From positions 11,546,881 to 11,610,880 of the forward strand of contig CM119266.1 in NCBI GenBank assembly GCA_051294375.1: a DNA stretch of 64,000 nt, read 5' to 3'. A program made the translations under genes and the position numbers. Position 1 is the stretch's first letter. Each line of letters starts with the position of its first letter. The notes beneath the pieces are model-generated. The model had not been told where the DNA came from, searched no databases, and worked only from the letters and a program-made list of their open reading frames with translations. This DNA comes from Paraspadella gotoi (Eukaryota > Animalia > Chaetognatha). Shown here in pieces: positions 53,564-64,000 of the stretch.

Positions 53564-56026
53564 NNNNNNNNNNNNNNNNNNNNNNNNNTCATGAATTGTA
53601 GATTCTCCATAGTTTCTAGACAATAGCAGAAGGAACGTTCGAACGCAAACATAAGATTAAGAAAATTACTTCTTTTGATTGTAAAACTGACGTACAAACT
53701 ATGTAAATTTTTCGCATGTTTCCAGACGTTGTCGGCTCGAAAGGAAAAGCCACTTCCGACCCACTTTACCTCATCCCGCCCTCTCACGCCCAACTAAAGC
53801 CCACCTGCTTCCTCACATTCCTCACACGCCTCGCAGTCGGAATTGACGGGAGAAACAAAAACAAAAGAATTATTAACTTTCTGGGAGAAACTCCGAAGGG
53901 TGAAAGGTTGGGTTGCGGTGTGAAAAAGAGCATTAATATCACTTGAGAGGCAGCGACTCAAGCCGACCGATTTCGCCAGTTTCAATCTACATCCGGGACT
54001 CTGTTTTTTAAAATGCATTTTTCGAAATACATGATTAAAAAAAAATTTAAAATTAAAATTAAAATTAAAAAAAAACCAGTTTTTTAAAAAACACAAAAAT
54101 GATTGAGACATCGACAAATTTACTAGAAAAACTGTTTCTCCAACGATGTGGTCGCCGACAAATAGATTTATGTCGAAGAGAAGATCCCACTTTACACGGC
54201 GAAGGTGGTGACGCGCCTTTGTAAGCGAGTCAACGCGTCCGGAAGCAGTGGAGGCGATTTCTTGCGGCCGGGATACCATCGAGTCCCAGTTGTTGATCGA
54301 CGAGGATGTCCGCTCGACTCGCCCCCTTTACCGGAAGTCGAGTGCTTCTCAAAGTCCGTGGTCGACTTTAATGGTTTCAGTCGACCATCGCCATCGGACT
54401 CTGAGGCAGCGAATGCAATCTCGTCGTAGATCGAGGCGACTACCCGACAGCCAGCACCTGCTTCCTTTTGATTTTCTTTAGTATTTTTTTTTTAACTTGG
54501 CCAGTTTAAATAAAATGGATTATGACGGAAGGAAAGAAAAATATTTTAATGATGGATCGGTAAGAAAATATTTTAATGACGATGAGCAAAGAAAATATTT
54601 TAATGAGGGTTGGTAAATAAAATAATTTAAACACCAACTTTCAAAGAAGTTAAACTCATCAGAGGGCAAAGAAAAAAAGAAATAAAAATAGAGAGATCCA
54701 AGCAGTAGCTCCACATTGAAGTAAGCTGAGTGATGTAATAGTGATTGACTTTAAATAACCTTTTGAAGATAAAATGGTTTTAAAAACAAAAGCAAATAAA
54801 TTTAGTCCTTGTTTAGTCTTGTGCCACCAGTGATACTTGTCGTACTAATTTTTTTTATGGGAGCCAATGGATCATGATTCACGATTTAAATTTTTTAAAG
54901 TTTTTTTATTTTTTCCCTATTAATTTTTAGTCGGATCTGCTTATCAGCAGATCCCGANNNNNNNNNNNNNNNNNNNNNNNNNNNNNNNNNNNNNNNNNNN
55001 NNNNNNNNNNNNNNNNNNNNNNNNNNNNNNNNNNNNNNNNNNNNNNNNNNNNNNNNNNNNNNNNNNNNNNNNNNNNNNNNNNNNNNNNNNNNNNNNNNNN
55101 NNNNNNNNNNNNNNNNNNNNNNNNNNNNNNNNNNNNNNNNNNNNNNNNNNNNNNNNNNNNNNNNNNNNNNNNNNNNNNNNNNNNNNNNNNNNNNNNNNNN
55201 NNNNNNNNNNNNNNNNNNNNNNNNNNNNNNNNNNNNNNNNNNNNNNNNNNNNNNNNNNNNNNNNNNNNNNNNNNNNNNNNNNNNNNNNNNNNNNNNNNNN
55301 NNNNNNNNNNNNNNNNNNNNNNNNNNNNNNNNNNNNNNNNNNNNNNNNNNNNNNNNNNNNNNNNNNNNNNNNNNNNNNNNNNNNNNNNNNNNATGCTCCT
55401 GTATGTACTGAATAAACCTTGTTGAATTCGAAATAAAACGCATATAATAGTGATTGACTTTAAATAACCTTTTGAAGATAAAATGGTTTTAAAAACAAAA
55501 GCAAATAAATTTAGTCCTTATTTAGTCTTGCACCTCCAGCGATACTCGTCGTACTAATGTTTTTTATGATTTACGATTTAACTTTTTTAATTTTTTTAAA
55601 TTTTTTCCCTATTATTTTTTTGTTCGTAAATTGTATTAACGAGATCATAATCAACTTTCTCGAATCAACCTCGGCCACTAATTACGCCATGAGTTTTTTC
55701 TTTTAGAGATTTTAAAGAAAATAATGAATAAATTCTTGTCTTCCATTCACATTTTGAAATATGGAGAAGTTTTTTANNNNNNNNNNNNNNNNNNNNNNNN
55801 NNNNNNNNNNNNNNNNNNNNNNNNNNNNNNNNNNNNNNNNNNNNNNNNNNNNNNNNNNNNNNNNNNNNNNNNNNNNNNNNNNNNNNNNNNNNNNNNNNNN
55901 NNNNNNNNNNNNNNNNNNNNNNNNNNNNNNNNNNNNNNNNNNNNNNNNNNNNNNNNNNNNNNNNNNNNNNNNNNNNNNNNNNNNNNNNNNNNNNNNNNNN
56001 NNNNNNNNNNNNNNNNNNNNNNNNNN
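53564..56026. other. Assembly gaps (N runs 53564-53588, 54958-55392, 55777-56026) with a ~180-bp direct duplication flanking the second gap
   Basis: N runs are visible. 54736-54925 is repeated with mismatches at 55446-55620. Confidence 0.9.
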
Positions 56027-57585
56027 TTTTTTTTTGTTTTCCTTTGTATTTTTTTGGAAAACACGTAGTTGGAGAGAATGAGAGAGTTTTTTTAGAGAAA
56101 TAACGAAGTGAAATTGATAGGCGAGTATATCGTAGTTTGTTGCTGTTACTTTCCATAGAGAAGCGTGGAAAGCAAACGCGATAAAAGAGATAATAAAGTA
56201 AAGGGAAAAATAGGTAGGCACCTTTAAATTCAAAAAGGAGGAACAAAGGAGTGAAAAAATAGTATTAAACAATATGTGATAAACGTGAACTTAGATATCT
56301 CAATAATATAAGAGGATAAAAATATTCATCTGTTTATGCAATGATACAATGACTAGGAGATTGGAAATAGTAAGCGGCAAAGAGAGAGGCGAGTGAGTGA
56401 GGAGGAATGTGAAGAGAAGGACACGAGAGGAAGGAGGACGCAGGGAGGAGAGGAGGTCGAGAGGAGAGTAGAGAAAGCCACGAACACGTAAGAGAATAGA
56501 ATAGGAAGGAGTACGTGAGAATCGGTAAGTCGAAATGGGGAACAATTTCGTCGTAGGAGACCGCTAAGTCTGTATCGTAAATTAGAAGATAGAGTTTATT
56601 TAGATTTTTATGTGTTTTTCTCAAACTTGTTAATGTAACACTGTTTGAGCGCAGACGTTGTAGATCAATGCACGCTCGTCGGCAACATCGAGACGAAGTG
56701 GGAGAAAGAATAAATAATAGGCGGCTTGAAAGGCCACGTATGGCACGACTACTAGTAGAGCTCTGATGCGATACGCTGTATAAAGAGTGCTAGCGGAAAG
56801 AGACGATGAGGCGGCAAACAGACTACTGACGAACGAACAAACGGAACGGAGCGACCAGCACCGAGAGCGCGTAAAATATATAAGACTGAATAGCAGACAC
56901 CAGTAGGTAGAAATCCGAACACTTGAAGCGTCATTATCTCAACCAGAAAAAAAGAGGAGCTGTGAAGAGAACGACACAAAGGCTCTAGACGGAGAGCAAG
57001 CTGTATATCTCAACCAAGGAATCCGCATGCACTGAGAGGGCAAGCGAGATATGAGACAAGGACAAAAAGATTTCATTTTAATATTTATTTTGATTATGTC
57101 AAAGTGATAGAGTTTCTGATGAAGATTATATTTTTGAGGAAAGTAGCACATGAGGATTGTACGGCAAGTCGCGCGCGACATGAGCAGATCGCAGTAGAGA
57201 CAAACGGAGAATATGGTTCGCTCAGATTCGGAACAATTGAGAGAAGAGGAGGGCTACATTAGCAAGGGGCAAGCGTGTGTGAAAATGAGTTGTGACTTGA
57301 TTCTGGAGAGTGTTGACAAAGAAAAATAATAATTCCTGTTATTTTGATCGAGAGAGAGAGAGCATGAAGTAGAAATGAGGAGAGGAGAGAAGGTTGAAGT
57401 GAAAGAGATGAAGGAGAGGATAGGAGAAGAATAAAGAAGTAGTATGAAGAAATAGAACGCACAAGAAGAGTATGAGTGGATGCAAAGCTGCTAAAATTCT
57501 AAAAAAATATCGTGATTTTATAACATGTTATTGCCAGCCAATTAAACAAAAAATAAATTTAGCGATTCATCTTCAGCTGTAGTCA

Positions 57586-58651
57586 TTAAAGCTTGATCGA
57601 TTCCTCCAGCTCTCCTTCAAATCGGCGCAGCGCCTGGACTGCGCCGTCGAACCCCCGCAAAAGCTGGCGAATCATCGTGGACGCGGACGGAGCGTTCCTC
57701 TTCCGCGATCTCTCGGAGAAAAAACTCGGCCCGCTCGCGATGCGAAAGACAGCTTTTCGGGCTCCGCGTAGAGATTGCTTCTCTGAAAGGAGGAAGTTGT
57801 CTGGTGAGCTTAAGGATTTATTTTATGTATTTATTTATTATTAATAAATAAATGGCTTTATAAATGGTTATAAATGGTTATAAATGGTTATATAAATAAA
57901 TAAATGGTATAAATAAAAATTGCAGAAATACTTGTTTATTTCATTACATTTTAATGAGAATTTATATAAAGAATAAATATATTTGATAAAACATTTACTT
58001 ATACATATTTGTACTAGATCTAGTATTCCTTCGTTACGTTATTATACTCAAAAAGAAAACTTGTAGTTTCATCGCGAGTTAAATTATTTAATGTAATTTA
58101 ATCTGTGGGGAAGAAAATGCTAGTGTTGTCCTCTGTAAATATTGAGTGTAATCTCACATTTTCACATTTTCGTCAATTCCCACGCTGTGCCGATTCCTCA
58201 CCGCAGTCGTAGCGTCGCTGCATCCTGAGCTTCATCCAAGCGAAGAACCGTCGGCGCCGCCGCTCCTCGCTCTCCATCGACCTTACCCTCGAGGTAAGGC
58301 GGCAGACGTCGATCGAAGTCACGGCCATCAGCTGCTTCAAGTTGTTCCATCGGTTAATCACCATCGCGATCGCCTGAATCCGATATATTTTTCTCTTGCA
58401 GAGTGAGATAATTAAACTAATGGCAACAAGTGATTAAACTGAAAGGAGATCAATTTACCTAAAATGGAAAATACCAAATCCGATAACATGATAACTTACC
58501 GAAATGACTAGATACCAGATAAATTTATCTGGTATTCAACCAACGTGTAAGTGATTAATACAGTTATAAAACTGAAAATTATAACAGTAATACAATATTT
58601 TTTTCTAGTGTCGTATTTCTCTCTCTCTCTCTCTTCTCCTCTTCTCTTCTC

Positions 58652-58695
<44 letters not shown>

Positions 58696-59075
58696 TCCTC
58701 TCCCCTCTCTCCCTCTCTCCCTCCCTAACCTTGCAGCCACCAGAATGGCAACCGAAGACGAACATCAAACTCAGATTCAACAAGTTGACATCCTATTGCT
58801 CTCCCTAAAGACGGGCGCGGGAAGGCGGGGCTGGCCTCCCAGGCGGAGGTCTCGTTGAGCCAGAGTCTCATCTTCATGACGCCGTTTGTGTTGAGGAGGC
58901 CGATGAGGAGGATCCAGAGCAGATTGGCGATGTAGATGAAGAAGCAGACGTGATTGCGGAGAGAGAGGAGGTCGTGTTGGGTCTTGAAGGGAGTAGGAGA
59001 GATGGAGGGAGGGAGGGAGAGAGAGCGAAAAAAGCAGATGAGGAGAAGAGAGAGAGAGAGAGAGAGAAAGAAGAG

Positions 59076-59139
<64 letters not shown>

Positions 59140-62100
59140 AATAGAAGAGAGAGAGAGACGAGAGGAGAGATAGAGAAGAAGAGAGAGAGAGAGATAGACG
59201 GAGAGAGAGAGGGGAAGGAGAGAGAGAGAGAGAGAGAAAGAGAGTCGGAGAAAAATATAGCAAAAATTACATAAGAAATCGAAAATTTTTTTGGAATTAA
59301 ATTATTTATTTTTTAGACAAAATCGGAAGCTTGCGCGTGATCCAGAATAAATTTTTACGCTTTGGTTTTGAAGCGTCATGGAAATTTTGACGTCATGGAA
59401 AAATAATATAATTATTTATGATTATTTAGATTCTTCCTCACACCCGAAAACAAATATATTTATTTATTACTACGAGGAAAATCGCACTTCTCACAGTCAA
59501 CTTACTACCTCATTCTCTTCTTCCCTCACTCACAGGCCTCCCCTTCTAGCACCCACTACTCAGTACTCACCCTGTTTGCCTTCCGGTACTCACTCTCTCA
59601 CCCACCAATATTCCCGTGCCCCCCACCGGCCCACCACTCACCATCTTACCCCCAACCACTCACCGTCTCCCTCTTCTGCGAGTTCACGACGACCGGCTGC
59701 AGATACTCGGAGATGATCCACTCGAAAAAACGCTGTTCCTTCTTCGGCAGCGCCTCTCGTTGGTGACGGGATCGAAGGATCCATCTTTGCGTATGCCACG
59801 GGGTCGCCGCTTTTTCCTCCTCCCTTCCTCTCTCCTTTCCTCCCTTTCCTTTCCGGTCGAAAGGACGAGGAGACGTTTCGCGATCCTCCATTCGAACCGA
59901 CTTGTCATTTTTGTTTTCGTCGTCGTCGTCGTCGTCGTTGTTGTCCTTTTCGTTCGGCGATCCTCGTCTGTTTACGGTCGCCGACGCATTGACTCGTAAC
60001 GTGACATTTTTGTCCATCTCGTTGAGGATTTCTTGGAAACGAATATCGTTGTTTTCCTTTTCTTCTTCATCTTCTTCTTCCTCCCACCCCTCCTCCTCCT
60101 CCTCTTCCTCCCTTCTCAGCTTTTCCGCCAGGGTCGCTCCTGAGGTTTTGTCGAGAGTCACGCGTACTTCTTCGTCGTCGTCGTCGTCGTTTCCGGAAGT
60201 GACGTCTTCGGGGTCGGCGCCCGGATTGACGCTGAGGTGACGCTCCCGCATTTGCCGCTTAATCTCCCCGACGTCGCGTTGGATTTGGCGGATTCGTTGC
60301 GAGTCTTGCGGTCGCCCTCTGGCCGAAGGGGAGAGAAGTCAAAACAAAAAACAAAAATCGCGAGAGAAGAAGCCAAAAAACACAAACATAAAATATCTCC
60401 TCGTCTGTTTTTTTTTCGAGATAACCTTTAAAAAAAGAATGAACTAGAACGGTAATTCAAATGTGTTGCGCTGCAGTGACTGCCTTATAACGTGTATTTC
60501 TCGTGACATGACGTGACATGACATGACTACATTACTACAATAACTTTCTTAGCCCATGTATTTATGACAAGCACTGCATCGGAATTTCGTCTTTTGTTTT
60601 TTATACCTTTCCTATTTCCTTAAATCCGTGCTAGTAGTCACTTAAATTTGAGGATTTTCCCTTCTTAACAAATAAGCATTGAGCAACCAACTCCATGCAA
60701 GTTATGAGCATTTTAACCCAAGTGGGACAGACCGACCGACCGACCGAAAAGTACACGCCGCTCAACTAAAAACTCATTAAAACGTTGTTTCCCTTCATTG
60801 GTCTCGGTGAAGATGACTGAGAGGGAGGAAAAAATAGAAGAAAGAGAGACAAAGAGAGAAAGAGACAGAGAGAGAGAGTCAACAATGGTTTTTGTTGATC
60901 AAAACAAATTCTCCTTTACGAGATTCTTTTTTTAACGCTCTTTGTTGGTTTTCAACAACAAAAAAATCCTTTGCTTTCCTGTGAAAGGCTTGTTGTGAGT
61001 CACGCCTTTACATATAGATAGATCATTACTCTCATTTTTGCCAGGTAGAAAAGAATAATAATTTGTTTTTATCACCGAACAGAATAAAACCTCGTCTTTG
61101 TTGACTTTTTATAGAAGCTTTCACATTAAAACACTTAACATTTAAGATAATACTTTCACGGTGAAACTTCTTTTCTCAAAAGCCGATTTTCTTTTAAACG
61201 GTAGGATTTTCCCTTTCTTTCACCTGCTAAAAATCCAGTTCTTGAATTGGATCCAAAAGGCGGTTGCGGAGGCGGCGGAGGCGGCGGAGGCGGCGGCGTC
61301 GGCCTCGGCTTCGGCCTCGCTTTTTCTCTCCGCTTTCTCTCTCGTTCCCCAAGATATTTCGTTCAAATTGCTGCCATCATTTCCGAGAAATTAGAAAAAC
61401 GGAAATTTTATTAAAGGCTTTTGTGGAGCGTAATGCTTTTTTAATTTTTTTTGTATTAATAGCCGCTTACAAATGATAATAATAATACTCTTTTGATGAT
61501 CTTTTCCAAGCCTTTGTTCTTAACACTTAAGTATACCATATATACATATATCAAGCTGTACAAACTGTTTTTCATGATTTAAATCATTTAACCCCTTTTT
61601 AAATTTTTGTAAAATGATGCTTTGGTTTTAAACTTGATAAATAATATTTACAAATATATATAAACTTCTGTCCCAACTGACATTAGAATCTTGAGCCACG
61701 ATGCAAACTTTAAAGCTGACTCCATGTCCCTTCAGGAGTGATACCAAATAATTCTTTACTATACTTTTAATATCTAATAAAGATAATTCATAAGTAAATC
61801 ATTATTTAGAGAACTACTGGACGATTTTTGAGGATAAGTTTTATTTCATGTTTTGTTTAATTTGAATTTTTTGTCTAACATAGTAAAATTAACGAAAAAA
61901 GACTATTTTAAGTGTTATAGGGAAGAAACATTTTACAATATAAGAAATTCCTAAAAATAGTCTAGCTACTGGCTTATCAGAATTCTCGTAACATTTGATA
62001 AATTTCGAATAATGATTTTTTTAGTTATTTTTTTTAATTTGTAAATCTTAAGTTTTCTTTACAAAGTTTGCCCAATTCAAAAAAATTCTGTGCTGAGCAT

Positions 62101-63163
62101 GTTCTCGACTGTTCGCGACTGTAAGAATTATCACTTAATTTATTGGTGTTGTGGATAAGGCGCTAAGTGGGCTGAAGATGACTATCCGTAACTTCTATAA
62201 CCCCCTTTAGTAGCCATGGAACGGGTCCTGGGCTTGGAACCAGGCTTGAGGGGTTGCCACGTCCCCAAGGCGGCTTAGGGCCGTCCTCACGCTTCCCGCA
62301 GGGTAGGTACCAGGTTGGGAATGAACCCGGTACCTAGTGGTCACGATCTGATGGCCTTACTCAATGAGCCACCGGGTCAGGACTGAAGGTGTCATGCTTA
62401 TAGGCGGGGTGAACCTAGGCAATGCCCGACTACAGTGTATCTGAATTTCAATTACTCAATGAGTAATTAATTTATAACGATTTTCTTATATTCGAAAAAC
62501 TAAGTTTTTTACTGAAAAAAGAAGGTTTTTTTTACAAGTAAATATTAAATTAATTTTATGAAATTAGGATATAATAAACTTCCAATACTTTGCGACAAGA
62601 TGGCAGGAAAAAATATTTAAAAAATATTTATCCAACGAGAAATGATAAGCATTTTTTGCTGGCACTCGCGAACGGCTACGGGGTATTTCCCTCGGGACAA
62701 AAATCCTTTTTATTTCGGGGACAAGATATTTTTACGAGATATCAACGATGAACTCGCGAATTTTGACAAATTTATCGAACGGAAATGGAGATCGAAAATA
62801 GACGCGTAAAAGTCAGGCATGAAAGGATAACCGCCGGGGGGAAACGGATTTGAGCTTCCTAATTTTAGTTCCATATTTTGCTTTGCCTATTTCTAGCGTT
62901 ATTTCTCTCTTTATTTTTCTTTCCGTCTATTTATCTAATTATTTTTATCTATTTATCTAATTATTTTTATCTATTTATCTAATTATTTTTTTTATCTATT
63001 TATCTAATTATTTTTTATCTATTTATCTAATTATTTTTTATCTATTTATCTATTTTTTTTATCTATTTATCTAATTATTTTTTATATATTTATCTAATTA
63101 TTTTTTTATCTATTTATTTAATTATTTTTTTATCTTTTTATCTAAATATTTTTTATCTTTTTT

Positions 63164-63219
<56 letters not shown>

Positions 63220-63588
63220 CTTTTAAATATTTATTTATTGATATATTTTTTCATATACATATATATTTTATATTTAATCATTTATTATTATTTTTATTTA
63301 TTTTTACATACTTTATTCTGTCTTTCTTTTTTTCTTTTCTTTTCTTCCCTCTTCAATTCTCTCCCATTCTTTCCATCCCAATTGGTTCCCATTCACGCCA
63401 TAAAACTCGTGAGATTTTCGACAGGTGCAAGGGCTCCCGCGACGCCACCTGAAGGCGTAGATGGGCAGAAGCAAGAACATGCTGGGGATGAGGAGCCAAT
63501 AGATGACGGAGCAGAAGACGTCGATGAGGCTGAGGTGGACGAGACCAGCCAAGGCCGTGATGACTCCGAGTTCCAACAGGAAAATGTC
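57586..63588 (-). CDS. chs: Chitin synthase, C-terminal part (catalytic exons lie beyond the window)
   Basis: Exons 63588-63449, 61370-61224, 60318-59664, 58982-58730, 58373-58202, 57782-57586. They give IYWLLIPSMFLLLPIYAFSNLNEISWGTRE (the diagnostic SWGTRE motif), EQRFFEWIISEYLQP, DLLSLRNHVCFFIYIANLLWILL and AMVINRWNNLKQLMA. Indels disrupt the frame at ~58730-58810. Confidence 0.88.
60440..60772. mobile_element. HINE-like element copy in a chitin synthase intron
   Basis: AACTAGAACG...ATGTGTTGCGCTGCAGTGACT...CTTTCTTAGCCCATGTATTTATGAC...AAGTGGGACAGACCGACCGAC...CAACTAAAAA is collinear with the reverse complement of 27325-27616. Confidence 0.6.
62300..62376 (-). mobile_element. tRNA-derived SINE head
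   Basis: Minus strand GGTGGCTCATTGAGTAA (A-box-like) and GGGTTCATTCCC (B-box-like) at tRNA-like spacing. GTGGATAAGGCGCTAAG at 62151 also occurs at 27739. Confidence 0.45.
62925..63220. repeat. AT-rich ~22-bp minisatellite (TATCTATTTATCTAATTATTTTT) grading into (ATTT)n
   Basis: Directly visible periodicity. Confidence 0.9.
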
Positions 63589-63621
63589 CTGGATAAAAAA
63601 TTGGGGTAAGATTAAGAAGAA

Positions 63622-63998
63622 GGAGATTAGCGAGCTTGTTCGCCGCCATGCTCTACCCAAACTTGCCTGGAGATTGGCGAGCTTGTTCGCCGCCATGCTC
63701 TACCCAAACTTGCCTGGAGATTGGCGAGCTTGTTCGCCGCCATGCTCTACCCAAACTTGCCTGGAGATTGGCGAGCTTGTTCGCCGCCATGCTCTACCCA
63801 AACTTGCCTGGAGACTGGCGAGCTTGTTCGCCGCCATGATCTACCCAGACATGCCTGGAGATTGGCTAGCTTGAATACAATCATGCTTTTCCCATACTGG
63901 ACTGGAGATTGGCAAGCTTGTTTGCAATCCTGCTTTTCCCATACTTGCCTGGAAATTGGGGAGCTTGTTTGCAATCATGCTTTTCCCATACTTTCCTG
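63622..63998. repeat. 47-bp minisatellite, 8 copies, in a chitin synthase intron
   Basis: The unit GGAGATTGGCGAGCTTGTTCGCCGCCATGCTCTACCCAAACTTGCCT starts at 63622, 63669, 63716, 63763, 63810, 63857, 63904 and 63951. The last copies are diverged. Confidence 0.95.
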
Positions 63999-64000
63999 AA

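Noticed and set aside
54895-56272. ORFs containing X runs
   Set aside because: Artefacts of translating through N-gaps.
56030-57490. Short ORFs in a purine-rich stretch
   Set aside because: No recognisable motifs or exon chain; the sequence resembles low-accuracy gap fill next to an N-gap.
63622-63998. CRISPR-like array, or the repetitive ORFs over the 47-bp repeat
   Set aside because: Units are head-to-tail with no unique spacers, the context is a eukaryotic intron, and 47 is not a multiple of 3.

Overview
Intron-rich, microsatellite-rich invertebrate animal genomic DNA from a draft assembly with N-gaps and indel noise. Gene models were spliced by hand from splice sites and reading phase. 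In order: the 3' part of an NCOA5-like gene (+); a goosecoid-type K50 homeobox gene (-); a ~29-kb kinesin-3 KIF28-like gene (-) whose first intron is a minor-spliceosome AT-AC intron and whose predicted protein ends in a CaaX box; an EamA/SLC35G-like transporter (-); a DMSR/myosuppressin-receptor-like peptide GPCR (-); a ~2.7-kb-arm inverted duplication that is probably an artefact; and the 3' part of a chitin synthase (-). The most interesting signal is in the 11.5-kb kinesin intron (18949-30450). It carries antisense nested genes: an uncharacterised multi-pass membrane protein and two paralogous cysteine-knot (C-C-CC-C-C) peptides sharing a TLGRFC motif, at least one of which has a clean signal-peptide/propeptide precursor. 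These are candidates for an undescribed toxin, defence-peptide or neuropeptide family. Family assignments come from remembered motifs, not database searches.
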